Assembly: GCA_036677555.1 (NCBI GenBank)
Contig: JAVBWG010000008.1
Location: forward strand, 77,673-141,672
DNA length: 64,000 nucleotides
Source: Methanomassiliicoccales archaeon
GTDB lineage: Archaea > Thermoplasmatota > Thermoplasmata > Methanomassiliicoccales > UBA472
Direction of reading: 5' to 3'
Shown: positions 43,288-52,896 of the stretch, piece after piece
Layout of the letters: each line of letters opens with the position of its first letter
Numbering within the stretch: position 1 is the first letter of the stretch
Program-made: the position numbers and the translations under genes
The notes under the pieces: model-generated
Seen by the model: the letters and a program-made list of their open reading frames with translations, nothing else
The model's database searches: none
What the model was told of the DNA's origin: nothing

Positions 43288-45615
43288 ATGCCCATAGGCG
43301 ACCGCATGGCGGAGCGGGGGGCCCGGTTCTTCAGAGCGATGGCGGTCATCCTGTTGGCGGCGCTGCTATCAATCCCCTGCGTCGCCACAAGCACCGAAGG
43401 CGCTTCGTACAGGTTCGACCCCATAATCGTGGAGGGAGACGGCGGCTTCGCCGCGGCAGGTTTTTCCGGCAGCGGAACGCTCGACCATCCCTATGTGCTG
43501 AGCGATGTGAACCTGGACGCCACCGGAGAGCCGCACGGGATAAGGATATCCAACACCACCGCCCACTTCCGCATAGAGTCTTGCACGGTCCATGACGCGG
43601 TCTCTGCAGACCGCGACCCCCTCGACCTGTCGGCCAGCGGTTCCGGGGTACTCCTCATCAACGTTACCAATGCCGTGATAGAGGATTACATGGGTGAGTT
43701 CAACATCAGGGGGATCACCGTGGTGAGCTCCAGCGATGTGCTCATCAACGGTTCCCGGTTCCACAACAACCATGAGGCGGGCGTCCATCTCGTGAACTGC
43801 CTGGATGGGAGCGTCACGGTGGCCAACAGCACCTTCACCGTGGGCACCGGGGACGACGGGCTTCTGCTTGAAGGATGCCAGGGAGTCAGGGTGGAAGGCA
43901 ATTCCGTCTCCGCAGGGGTGAACGGGGTGGCCGTGAGGGCGACCGGCATCGGGCAGGGAGGGAACGTCATCATCGGGAACGCCCTCCTCCAGCAGTCAGG
44001 CTGCGGTGTCCTGCTGGGCGGGTCATCGCCCACCGAGGGCGACCGGGTGCTGAACAACACGGTCAGCGGTGCGGGCGGGGCCGGGGTCAGGATATCCTTC
44101 GGGACATCCGAGATATCAGGCAACACAATATCCGGCTGCCTGGTCCAGGGAATAGTACTGGAGTGGACGGGCAGCGATGTCAACTGCAACACCCTGGCCA
44201 ACAACACCGTCGGGATATTCGCCGGGGAGGGCGCTGACGGCAACGTCATCCGGGAGAACCTGGTCCAGGACGGCACGGTGGGTGTCCTCATCGGCCCCAG
44301 CCAGGGGAACCGGGTGCTGAACAACACCATCCTGCGCATGGATGAGAATTCCGGGGCGGGGATACAGATCGGCATGGGCGAGGTCGGGGGCGTCCGCATC
44401 GAGGGGAACAACGTATCGTATTGCAACGAAGGGCTCCGGGCGGCCCCCTACCCTGACGAGGTCATCGGCATGGAGGTGGTCAACAACACCTTCCTGGAGT
44501 CCCTGAGGAATGGCACCTTCCTTCTCAGCACTGTCGATTCCCTTCTGATCGGCAACCGCTTCCTGCAGAGCGGAGGGAACGGCATCTATGTCGGGCCGGG
44601 GTGCCGCAGCCTCATTTTGGAAGGCAACGAGGCATCGCATAATGCCCTTGCCGGCCTCTACGTCCGCGATTCGGATGACAACGAGGTGATGGGGAACGTG
44701 TTCCTCAGCAACGTCCTGAAGGGCGTGCACATCGAGAGGGGGACAGGGAACGACGTCCGCGGCAATGCCTTCCTCTTCAACAACGATTCCGGACGCAGGT
44801 ACTCCCCGCTCAGGCCGCAGGCGTTCTGCGGGGAGGCGGGCAACAGCTGGTCCCAAGGGACCGGCAACCTCTGGGCGGACTGGCTCTCCCCGGACGATGA
44901 CCAGGACGGCATAGTGGACCTGCCCTACAACATCTCCGGCGGATACCAGGACCTCCGACCCCTGAGCAGGATAGACGGCCTAGAGGTACCGGCGGACATC
45001 ATCGCCCCGACAGTGACGGATTGGGCGCCGCAGGGCCGGGATGCCGAGCATGGAGCGGCGATCAGCGTGACGTTCTCCGAGGATATGAACGCCAGCACTG
45101 TGATTATGCTCATAAACAACGTCACGACGAACGGCATCTGGAACGACCGCACCTTCACATCCGGTCTCGCTCTGGAGTTCGAGACGGACTACCAGGTCCT
45201 CGTCCATGGGGAGGACCTTTCCGGCAACCAGATGGCGCAGTTCGCCTGGGCGTTCCGCACCGAGGACATCGAGGCCGAGGTCGTCGGCAGGGTGGTCGAT
45301 GACGAGGGCGGACCCATATCCGGCGTTCTGGTCATAGCAGGCGAGCAGAACGCCCTGACCAACGTCGACGGCAGATTCAGCCTGCTCCTGTCCCCCGGGG
45401 ATCATATCCTGAACATAAGCAAGGGCGGATACCTGGACAGGATGGTGATGGTGCATGTCGAGCCCGGCGGGGACATGAGCCTGGAGGACATCCCCCTGGA
45501 GAGCGCGCCCGGCGACGACGGAACAATGAACAATCTGGTATTCTACGTCGGACTGGCAGTGATCGGGGCGCTCCTGGCCGCAGCCGCTTTCTTGATATGG
45601 CGGAACAGGAAGTAG
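43288..45615 (+). CDS. Surface protein: NosD-like beta-helix, Ig-like (Big_5-type) and carboxypeptidase-regulatory-like domains, C-terminal TM
   Basis: Signal peptide, GSGTLDHPYV, repeated GIxx..xxNxx, GNLWADW..DGIVDLPY, ISVTFSEDMN, TNVDGRF; TM plus RNRK. Confidence 0.85.
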   Translation: MPIGDRMAERGARFFRAMAVILLAALLSIPCVATSTEGASYRFDPIIVEGDGGFAAAGFSGSGTLDHPYVLSDVNLDATGEPHGIRISNTTAHFRIESCTVHDAVSADRDPLDLSASGSGVLLINVTNAVIEDYMGEFNIRGITVVSSSDVLINGSRFHNNHEAGVHLVNCLDGSVTVANSTFTVGTGDDGLLLEGCQGVRVEGNSVSAGVNGVAVRATGIGQGGNVIIGNALLQQSGCGVLLGGSSPTEGDRVLNNTVSGAGGAGVRISFGTSEISGNTISGCLVQGIVLEWTGSDVNCNTLANNTVGIFAGEGADGNVIRENLVQDGTVGVLIGPSQGNRVLNNTILRMDENSGAGIQIGMGEVGGVRIEGNNVSYCNEGLRAAPYPDEVIGMEVVNNTFLESLRNGTFLLSTVDSLLIGNRFLQSGGNGIYVGPGCRSLILEGNEASHNALAGLYVRDSDDNEVMGNVFLSNVLKGVHIERGTGNDVRGNAFLFNNDSGRRYSPLRPQAFCGEAGNSWSQGTGNLWADWLSPDDDQDGIVDLPYNISGGYQDLRPLSRIDGLEVPADIIAPTVTDWAPQGRDAEHGAAISVTFSEDMNASTVIMLINNVTTNGIWNDRTFTSGLALEFETDYQVLVHGEDLSGNQMAQFAWAFRTEDIEAEVVGRVVDDEGGPISGVLVIAGEQNALTNVDGRFSLLLSPGDHILNISKGGYLDRMVMVHVEPGGDMSLEDIPLESAPGDDGTMNNLVFYVGLAVIGALLAAAAFLIWRNRK

Positions 45616-45616
45616 C

Positions 45617-46804
45617 TCACGCCATGCGGTAGTACACGAACCCGGACCACATCTTCGGCCAGAAGTAGGTGGACTTCTTGGGCATGCGGCGGTCCATGCG
45701 GGCCAGTTCCCAGATCCTGTCCACCGATGGCGATCTGAGCATCACCATCAGCCGGTATCCCTCGGCCGCCCTGGCCAATGCCTTGGCGGTGTCATGCTCA
45801 TAGACCACGGACGGCTCGTCCTTCCAGGCATCCCCCTTCAGCACCAATTCCTGACACACGTAGGAGTCCAGCTCCCACATGGGGTCGGCCGGCAGGTCCC
45901 GGGGAGAGGCTATGTATGCCCTCCCTTCCAGCACCAAGCCCAGGTCGGACGATGGCTGGCCCTCCAGGGCCGACGCCAGTTCGGAAGGGCTAGCGACCGC
46001 CAGCAGATCGAAGCGCCCTTTCATGGACTCCAGGAAGCGGTCGGCGGGCATCGGGAGGTCCTTGACCAGGCGATGGGTGGGGAAGACCAGCAGGCCCGGG
46101 TCGTTTGACGGCACGAGCGTGGCGAGCACGAACTGCTTGGCCTCGGATGAAGGGTTCTCCTGCGCATAGCGCGAGGACGTCTCGAAGCGGTGATGCCCAT
46201 CGGCGATCAGCACCGTCTTGCCCCTCAGCTCCTCGGATATCGCCTTGACCGCATCAGGGTCGCAGACCCGGAAGAGGCAATGTCGAACGCCCTGGGGGTC
46301 GGTGAACTCCAGGACCTTGGTCTCCAGGTCCTCGATCATGTCCCTCAGCTTGGCCGAGATCTCATCGAATATCCCGAATATGGATTCGCAATGGGTCTCC
46401 GTCCCCCGCAGCAGGTTCAGGCGGTCCTCCTTGACCTTGGGGAAGGTCTCCTCGTGAGGCACCACGCCCTCGGCGTATCCTTTGGCGGCCAGTATCCCGA
46501 TGATCCCGGTCCTCTGCCAGCAGTGGTCGCCCTCGCAGAAGGTCTGCTTGTAGGTGTAGAACGCCTCGCGGCGGTCCTGGGCCAGCGCCCCCTTCTCCAA
46601 CCAGGAGCGCAGCGCCTCCCCGGCCGCCGAATAGTCCCCGCCTATCGCGCACATGGTGATGTTCGTTACGTTATAGCGGTTGCCCTTGAGCCTGGCCAGC
46701 TCCTCGGCGGAGATGACATCGTAGGGCGGGGATACGCGCTCGATCATTCCCTCGCCGTTTCCAAGGCGGGGGATGTAAGGGCGGAAGGGACGGAAATCGA
46801 CCAT
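45617..46804 (-). CDS. DUF1015 family protein
   Basis: SPPYDVIS, PHEET, IADGHHR, PTHR and RMPKKSTYFWPK. Confidence 0.9.
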   Translation of the reverse strand: MVDFRPFRPYIPRLGNGEGMIERVSPPYDVISAEELARLKGNRYNVTNITMCAIGGDYSAAGEALRSWLEKGALAQDRREAFYTYKQTFCEGDHCWQRTGIIGILAAKGYAEGVVPHEETFPKVKEDRLNLLRGTETHCESIFGIFDEISAKLRDMIEDLETKVLEFTDPQGVRHCLFRVCDPDAVKAISEELRGKTVLIADGHHRFETSSRYAQENPSSEAKQFVLATLVPSNDPGLLVFPTHRLVKDLPMPADRFLESMKGRFDLLAVASPSELASALEGQPSSDLGLVLEGRAYIASPRDLPADPMWELDSYVCQELVLKGDAWKDEPSVVYEHDTAKALARAAEGYRLMVMLRSPSVDRIWELARMDRRMPKKSTYFWPKMWSGFVYYRMA

Positions 46805-46841
46805 GACCGGTCAACGCGCTATCTGATAATATCTTTTACAA

Positions 46842-47945
46842 TCACTTCAGCCGGACCAGCTCATATTCCTTCTTCCCCAGGCCGATGCGCTCCCCGTGGT
46901 CCATGCCGGTCATCCAGTCCGTGTTCGGATGAACGGCCTTGAACTTGTCCCCCTTCTTACCCTTCACATCCAGCACGCTTCCCCTGCCCACCGCGGCCTC
47001 ATTGACCAGGGCGGCACAGGCCATGTCCAACGCCACCGGGTCCTTGGAGGCGGCGATGCCGAGGTCTGGCACGATGGGAACGTCGTTGAAGGGCCAGCAG
47101 TCGCAGTTGGGGGAGACGTCCATGATCACCGAGACGTGAAGCGAGGGCTTGCCGTGCACCACCGCGTAGGCGTACTCGGCGATCTTCTTGTTGACCACCT
47201 CGGATGAGTCGTCCCATTCCACCTCCGGCGCCCCGTAACGGCAAACGGCAACGCATTGGCCGCAGCCTACGCATTTGGCGTGGTCGATGAACGCTTTCCT
47301 GTCATTGAGCGAGATGGCGCGCTCCGGACAGTTCTTGACGCATTGGCCGCATCCGATGCACTTATTGGTGTCGATGTCGGGGTGGGAGGTGGAATGCATC
47401 TCCAGCTTGCCGCAGCGGCTGCCGCTTCCCATGCCCAGGTTCTTCAGCGCCCCCCCGAAACCGGTGAGCTCATGCCCCTTGAAGTGGCTCAGGGAGATGA
47501 TAACGTCCGCATCGGCTATGGCGCTTCCGATCTTCGCCGTCCGGCACAGCTCCTTGTCAATGGCGATCTCGCGCTGCTCGTTCCCCCACAGCCCGTCGGC
47601 GATGATGACATCGCAGCCCACGGCGATGCGGTTGAAGCCGTTCTCCATCGCCGAGTTCAAATGGTCAACCGCGTTGGCCCTCTTCCCCATGTACAGGGTG
47701 TTGCAGTCGGTGAGGAACGGTCTCCCCCCCTTCTCCCTGATCATCCTGACCAGCACCGCGGCGAAATTGGGGCGGACATAGGCCATGTTTCCAGGTTCTC
47801 CCATGTGCAGCTTGATGGCGACGATCCTACCGTCCAGGTCCATGCGGTCAAGGCCGGCCTTTCTCAGCAGCCTTTCCATCTTCTGCAGCAGGTTGCTGCC
47901 CTGGCAGGTGTGCATGTCAGTGAAATAGACCTTAGGGGGAGCCAT
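46842..47945 (-). CDS. DUF362 domain protein with 2[4Fe-4S] ferredoxin insert
   Basis: VAIKLHMGEPGN, SHFKGHELTGFGGALKNLGMG, CIGCGQCVKNCP and CVGCGQCVAVC, DPVALD. Confidence 0.88.
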   Translation of the reverse strand: MAPPKVYFTDMHTCQGSNLLQKMERLLRKAGLDRMDLDGRIVAIKLHMGEPGNMAYVRPNFAAVLVRMIREKGGRPFLTDCNTLYMGKRANAVDHLNSAMENGFNRIAVGCDVIIADGLWGNEQREIAIDKELCRTAKIGSAIADADVIISLSHFKGHELTGFGGALKNLGMGSGSRCGKLEMHSTSHPDIDTNKCIGCGQCVKNCPERAISLNDRKAFIDHAKCVGCGQCVAVCRYGAPEVEWDDSSEVVNKKIAEYAYAVVHGKPSLHVSVIMDVSPNCDCWPFNDVPIVPDLGIAASKDPVALDMACAALVNEAAVGRGSVLDVKGKKGDKFKAVHPNTDWMTGMDHGERIGLGKKEYELVRLK

Positions 47946-47981
47946 GCTAAGAGATCGGCTCCTTCCGATTTAATGATGACC

Positions 47982-49913
47982 TCACCTCGGCTCGCCAGTG
48001 GCCCTGGCGGTGACCTCTATCCAGTTCAGGTGCTCAGTGCCCTTCTGGTCCTTGAACCGGGCCTCCCGGACATCGGTGCGCAAGGCGATGTTCTCGGCCC
48101 CGGCCCGGTCGGCCCTCCCCCAGACGTGCTCCGCCGCCAGCTCCCTGGCCCTCTTGACCGCGTCCTCGGCCCGGCGGAAGTCCTGGGCGTCCCCCCAGGG
48201 CGTGATCAGCTGGAACTGCCCGTCGGTCAGCGGCTGGATGCGCAGCGTAAGGGTCTCCGATATCCTGGAGCATACCGCTCCCACGGCGTTTCCTACCGGC
48301 GCTCCGTCCGGGATTATCACCTCCGCGCCGAGCAGGCCGCGCAGGGACGGGATGAGCAGCCGGGCCGGCCCCCCGATGCCCACGATGGGCCGGTCCAGAT
48401 GCAGGTCTATGCGGAACGTTCCCGGCGACCGCTCGCCGGCCATCAGCTGCACCAGCCGGTCCACGGTCGCCTCCTTGGGCAGGTCCCCTATCTCCTCGGC
48501 GACCACCTTGCGCACCACCTCCTCGGCCAGCCTCCCGACCAGGCGGTGCATGACCCTGGCGCAGAAGGACTCCACGCTCATCCGGGTGCCTTCCAGGTAA
48601 TGCTCCACTCCCGCCCTGGAGGAGGGCAGGTCGCCTATGCTGTACAGCCCCTCCAGGTTGAAGATGTCCGTCGGCGTCAGCCCGGTGCGCAGCAGATGCC
48701 CGGAACGGACCAGCTCTCTCGCCGTCTCCCGCACCAGGTAGATGTCCGGCAGAGCGGAGCGAAGCTCCTCCTCGTCGCATAGCCCCAACTCCTCCACTTT
48801 TCGGTACACCTGAATCCTGTTGCCTGATAGCCTCTCCGGGCCTCTGGCCGTCACCAGGAAATCCGTCCTCCGCCGATCCATCACCGTCCTCGGCAGGTCC
48901 TTGGTGCGTTCGCCGGCCAGGGCCAGGGGGAGGACCCTGGCCGGGCCTATCCTCAGGCCGCCATGCAGGTCAGAGCCGATCTCCGAATCTCCCCCCAGGG
49001 CCACGGTGGAGGCGTCTATCGAACGCACCCGGGTGCGCCAACCGGCCAGCTGTGCCCCCTCCCGGCCGATGCGTGGGAAGCCGCCATCGATGTAGGCGAT
49101 GTCCGTGGACGTGCCGCCCATGTCCACCACCAGGCAGTTGTCGAGCCCGGAGAGGCGGGAGCCGCCCAGAAGCGAGGCCGCCGGCCCGGACAGGACCGTC
49201 TCCACCGGCCTTTCCCTGGCTTGCCGGACTGGCATCACGTTGCCATCCCCCTTGAGGACCACGATGTTCGCGGTGATGCGCATGGACCGCAGGGCGCTCT
49301 CGATGCGGTCCAGGAAATCGGAGATGACCGGAAGCAGCCTGGCGTTGAGCACGGCGGTCACGCTCCTCTCCAGCACTCCGAGCTCCCCGCTCAGCTCGTA
49401 GGCGGCCACCACCGGCCTCTCAACCATCTCCCGGATGGCCTGCCTGGCCCGATCCTCATGGTTAGGCTGGTAGACGCTGAACATGGAGGAGACCACGTAT
49501 GCGTCGACATCTTCCGACATGGAGCGCACCGCCTCGCGCAAGGCCTTCATGTCCAGCGCGTCCAGCTCCCGGCCCCTGGTGTCATGGCCTCCCTTGATGA
49601 AGGCGCAGCGCTCAGCTCCCAGGGCGCTCACGTCCCCGGTGTCCCAGCCGATGCCGATGAGGCCGACCCTTCCCCCCCTCGATTCGAGCACGGAGTTGGT
49701 GGCCAGGGTGGTCGACAGTCCGACGAGCCTGACCTCAGCAGGGTCGAAGCGCCGCTTTATCAGCAGCGACCTGACCGAATCGGCGATGCCTTCGGAAAGG
49801 TCATGCGGAGTGGTGGGGCTCTTGCTCCAGGCGATGAGGTCCTTCGTCGTCAGATCGACCATCGCCGCGTCGGTGTATGTGCCTCCGGTATCGATGCCCA
49901 AGCCCAGGTCCAT
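47982..49913 (-). CDS. Hydantoinase/oxoprolinase A-subunit family ATPase
   Basis: LGIDTGGTYTDA, STTLATN, TAVLNARL, ETVLSGPAAS, VDMGGTSTD and GNAVGA. Confidence 0.88.
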   Translation of the reverse strand: MDLGLGIDTGGTYTDAAMVDLTTKDLIAWSKSPTTPHDLSEGIADSVRSLLIKRRFDPAEVRLVGLSTTLATNSVLESRGGRVGLIGIGWDTGDVSALGAERCAFIKGGHDTRGRELDALDMKALREAVRSMSEDVDAYVVSSMFSVYQPNHEDRARQAIREMVERPVVAAYELSGELGVLERSVTAVLNARLLPVISDFLDRIESALRSMRITANIVVLKGDGNVMPVRQARERPVETVLSGPAASLLGGSRLSGLDNCLVVDMGGTSTDIAYIDGGFPRIGREGAQLAGWRTRVRSIDASTVALGGDSEIGSDLHGGLRIGPARVLPLALAGERTKDLPRTVMDRRRTDFLVTARGPERLSGNRIQVYRKVEELGLCDEEELRSALPDIYLVRETARELVRSGHLLRTGLTPTDIFNLEGLYSIGDLPSSRAGVEHYLEGTRMSVESFCARVMHRLVGRLAEEVVRKVVAEEIGDLPKEATVDRLVQLMAGERSPGTFRIDLHLDRPIVGIGGPARLLIPSLRGLLGAEVIIPDGAPVGNAVGAVCSRISETLTLRIQPLTDGQFQLITPWGDAQDFRRAEDAVKRARELAAEHVWGRADRAGAENIALRTDVREARFKDQKGTEHLNWIEVTARATGEPR

Positions 49914-50012
49914 GGTCCTCCATAAGTTATCGGAGCTTCCCTTTCTTATCAATATCGTCCGCTACGATTTTATAAATCCTGCTACCACTCTTGAAGTCCA
50001 GTTGGTGTTCGA

Positions 50013-51464
50013 ATGAGCGGAGGACACGTTCAAGGCGACGAGGTCGTAAGGTTCCCGGAGAGGCTGAGCGCGCTCATGATCGAGCTGCGCGAACGGTTCG
50101 TGGAGAGGGAGGAGGAGATCGCCGGCGCCCTCCTGGCCATGCTCTCGGGCGAGCACGTCCTCTTCATCGGCCCCCCAGGAACGGCTAAAAGCCAGATGGC
50201 CAAGGTAATGTGCGAGAGGCTGCGTGGCGGTTCCTTCTATTACTATCTGCTCACCCGCTTCACATCTCCTGAGGAGGTGTTCGGCCCCCTGTCGCTGAGC
50301 TCCCTGCAGAGGGACGAGTTCCGCCGCCGCACCGAAGGCTATCTACCGCAGGCCAACATAGCCTTCCTTGATGAGATATTCAAGGCCAATTCGTCCATCC
50401 TCAACAGCCTGTTGACCATTCTGAACGAGAGAAGGTTCCACAACGGCAACGAGGTGGTGGACGTCCCGATACTGTCTGTCTATGGCGCCTCGAACGAGCT
50501 TCCCGGCGAGGAGGAGGGGCTGGCGGCGCTGTACGACCGGTTCCTTTACCGGTTCTTCATAACCAACGTCCAGGAGGAGGCCAATTTCCTGAAGGTGCTC
50601 ACCTCATCGAACGGATCGCCGGCCAAGGCCGCCATCGGTCTGGAGGACATCGAGCGGGTGAAGGTGGCGGCATCATCGGTGACGGTCGACGAGGAGGTCC
50701 TGCAGGCCTATCTCAGTCTGCGCAAGCACTTCCGCTCCCAGAGCGTGTACATATCCGACCGCCGTTGGAACAAGACCCTGGCGGTGTTGCGCACCGCCGC
50801 CGCGGCCATGGGCCGGGAGAACGTGGACCTGACCTTCCTGCCGCTCCTGCAGCATATGCTGTGGGACCGCCCGGAGCAGAAGGAGGGTCTGAGGTCGCTG
50901 CTCATCGACCTCACCGGCAGCGGCGGGATCGACCTGCGCCGCCTGCAGTCCAGCAGCGACGAGCTCATCTCCCTCATGGCCAAGGCCAAGCAAAGCTCCG
51001 CCTCGGACGCCCATTTCCCGAGGCCGGTGAGCTGCTATGACTGCGGCTCCACGTTCATGAGCGCCAAGGAGCTCTGCCGGCACGGCGAGGCGTTCCCCAA
51101 GCACCTCTATATGGACCCCTATGCCAGGGAGGCGCAGGGAGTGAACCCCTCCTACCGCAAGTTCGACCTGCCGGAGCTGATGCACGTGCTGGAGAACGTC
51201 CGGGGCTGGAAGATGACCTGTCTTCGGGGCGGGGCCGAGCAGCGTCTCTACGCCAGGGAGCTGCAGGACCTGCGCTCGGTCTACGACAAGGTCCGGGGGG
51301 CGCATGAGGTGGAGCGTGGCGAGCTGCAAAGCCGTCTGGAGCGCAACATCTGGTTGAGTCGGAGGGACCGCCAGGACATCCTTGCCAGGCAGGACCGCCG
51401 CCTGGAGTCGATGGCCGAGATAGAGCGCTCCCTCAGGGAAGTGGAAGCCGAGCTGAAGGGGTGA
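50013..51464 (+). CDS. RavA-like MoxR AAA+ ATPase
   Basis: GEHVLFIGPPGTAKS, YLLTRFTSPEEVFGP, FLDEIFKANSSILNSLL, ASNELP, ALYDRF and SDRRW. Confidence 0.9.
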   Translation: MSGGHVQGDEVVRFPERLSALMIELRERFVEREEEIAGALLAMLSGEHVLFIGPPGTAKSQMAKVMCERLRGGSFYYYLLTRFTSPEEVFGPLSLSSLQRDEFRRRTEGYLPQANIAFLDEIFKANSSILNSLLTILNERRFHNGNEVVDVPILSVYGASNELPGEEEGLAALYDRFLYRFFITNVQEEANFLKVLTSSNGSPAKAAIGLEDIERVKVAASSVTVDEEVLQAYLSLRKHFRSQSVYISDRRWNKTLAVLRTAAAAMGRENVDLTFLPLLQHMLWDRPEQKEGLRSLLIDLTGSGGIDLRRLQSSSDELISLMAKAKQSSASDAHFPRPVSCYDCGSTFMSAKELCRHGEAFPKHLYMDPYAREAQGVNPSYRKFDLPELMHVLENVRGWKMTCLRGGAEQRLYARELQDLRSVYDKVRGAHEVERGELQSRLERNIWLSRRDRQDILARQDRRLESMAEIERSLREVEAELKG

Positions 51465-51510
51465 TCCCGTTCTGACAGGTCTGGCCCGCGAACTGACCGA
51501 GAGGCCGGAG

Positions 51511-52896
51511 GTGCAGGCCTCCCTTTCGGCTCCGAGCGCGGTGCCCTATGGGCAGAGGGAGCTGGCAGCGGCTCTCATGGCCGCCGACCTGGTGGGAGAG
51601 GGGCGGGACGTGGAGCCCGTCGATGCGACCGCCATGGTCGTCCATTCCCTTTTCCGGAGCAAGGCATGGGCGGACGCCAGGAAGCTGGCCAGGGAGCGTC
51701 CGGACCTGGCGCCAGAGCTGCTGGTGCTTGCGCTGCCGCAGGTCCTCAGGGCCATGGAGCAGGGTCTGGGCGGACTGGACTGGAGCGAGCTTTCGGAGGA
51801 GGAGCGGCGCAGGACTGAGGACCTGCTGGAATCCCTGCTCGGTCCCCACGGGCCGGAAGAGAGGGTCGAGCTGGATGAAGGGCAGATGGAGGCGCTGATG
51901 CTGGTCGTCAGGATGCTGATCAGGGCCCTCGACCGCAGCATAGCGCCCCTGGTCGACAGGTTGCGGGAGGATGCCGAGGTACTTCTGCGCCTGGAGGAGC
52001 TAATGCCCGGGCAGGGGTGGGACCTGCACCGGGTCGGACTGCATCGGGCGAAACTTGGCGATCTGGAGAGGTGCGCTTCCTGGCTAAGGAGGCATAAGGA
52101 CATCGACCGTCTGAAGGAACTGCTGGGCAGGATGGAGGGGGAGAGGAACAGAAGCGCTACTTCCGATTCGAACGCCCTGACGGAAACGCATTCCCTCGTC
52201 TTCTCCGGTGATGTGCAACGCATGCTTCCCCAGGAGATGGTCAACCTGGCCGACGAGCGGTTGAAGCTTCTCTTCTACGCCAGGATGTGCGAGCGGAGGC
52301 TGCTCACCTATCAGCTCCGGGGGAAGGAGAACCGGGACGGGGAGATGAAGAGGGGCGGACCGGTGGTGGCTCTCCTGGACACGTCGGGATCGATGAGCGG
52401 CGAACCGGAGTTGGCAGCTAAGGCCCTTCTCCTCGCCCTCTCCAGACGGCTGTCCGAGGAAGGGCGGCCGCTGCGCGCCCTGCTGTTCTCGGTGGACGTT
52501 GAATCATTCGACCTTTATGGTCCAGGTGGCCGGTCCCAGTTCCTGGAGCTCCTCTGCCAGACCTTCGGCGGCGGCACGGACTTCGATGCCGCGCTCCGGG
52601 AAGGCATCAAGAGCCTGAGCGAGCCGGAGTGGCAGGGGGCGGACATACTCTTCATCACCGACGGGCTGGCCCGGATCAGGGACCGGGGCTGCCTGCACGA
52701 CTGGAACTGCCTGAGGGAAAGGCAGGGATGCCGCATCTTCACCGTGCTGGTCGGCGGAACGGAGCCTGGGGGTCTGCAGAGGATATCCGATCAGGTGTTT
52801 CTGATGAGCCGGCAGGGCGAATGGTCAGGCGGCTCCCTGCTGAAGGAGATGACCCCTCAACCGCGTTCGCTCGGTTCCTGCTGGGTCACGCAGTGA
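51511..52896 (+). CDS. ViaA-like VWA-domain protein
   Basis: SGDVQRMLPQE, LLTYQLRG, GPVVALLDTSGSM (MIDAS), FGGGTDF and ADILFITDG. Start uncertain; the frame is open from 51457. Confidence 0.85.
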   Translation: MQASLSAPSAVPYGQRELAAALMAADLVGEGRDVEPVDATAMVVHSLFRSKAWADARKLARERPDLAPELLVLALPQVLRAMEQGLGGLDWSELSEEERRRTEDLLESLLGPHGPEERVELDEGQMEALMLVVRMLIRALDRSIAPLVDRLREDAEVLLRLEELMPGQGWDLHRVGLHRAKLGDLERCASWLRRHKDIDRLKELLGRMEGERNRSATSDSNALTETHSLVFSGDVQRMLPQEMVNLADERLKLLFYARMCERRLLTYQLRGKENRDGEMKRGGPVVALLDTSGSMSGEPELAAKALLLALSRRLSEEGRPLRALLFSVDVESFDLYGPGGRSQFLELLCQTFGGGTDFDAALREGIKSLSEPEWQGADILFITDGLARIRDRGCLHDWNCLRERQGCRIFTVLVGGTEPGGLQRISDQVFLMSRQGEWSGGSLLKEMTPQPRSLGSCWVTQ

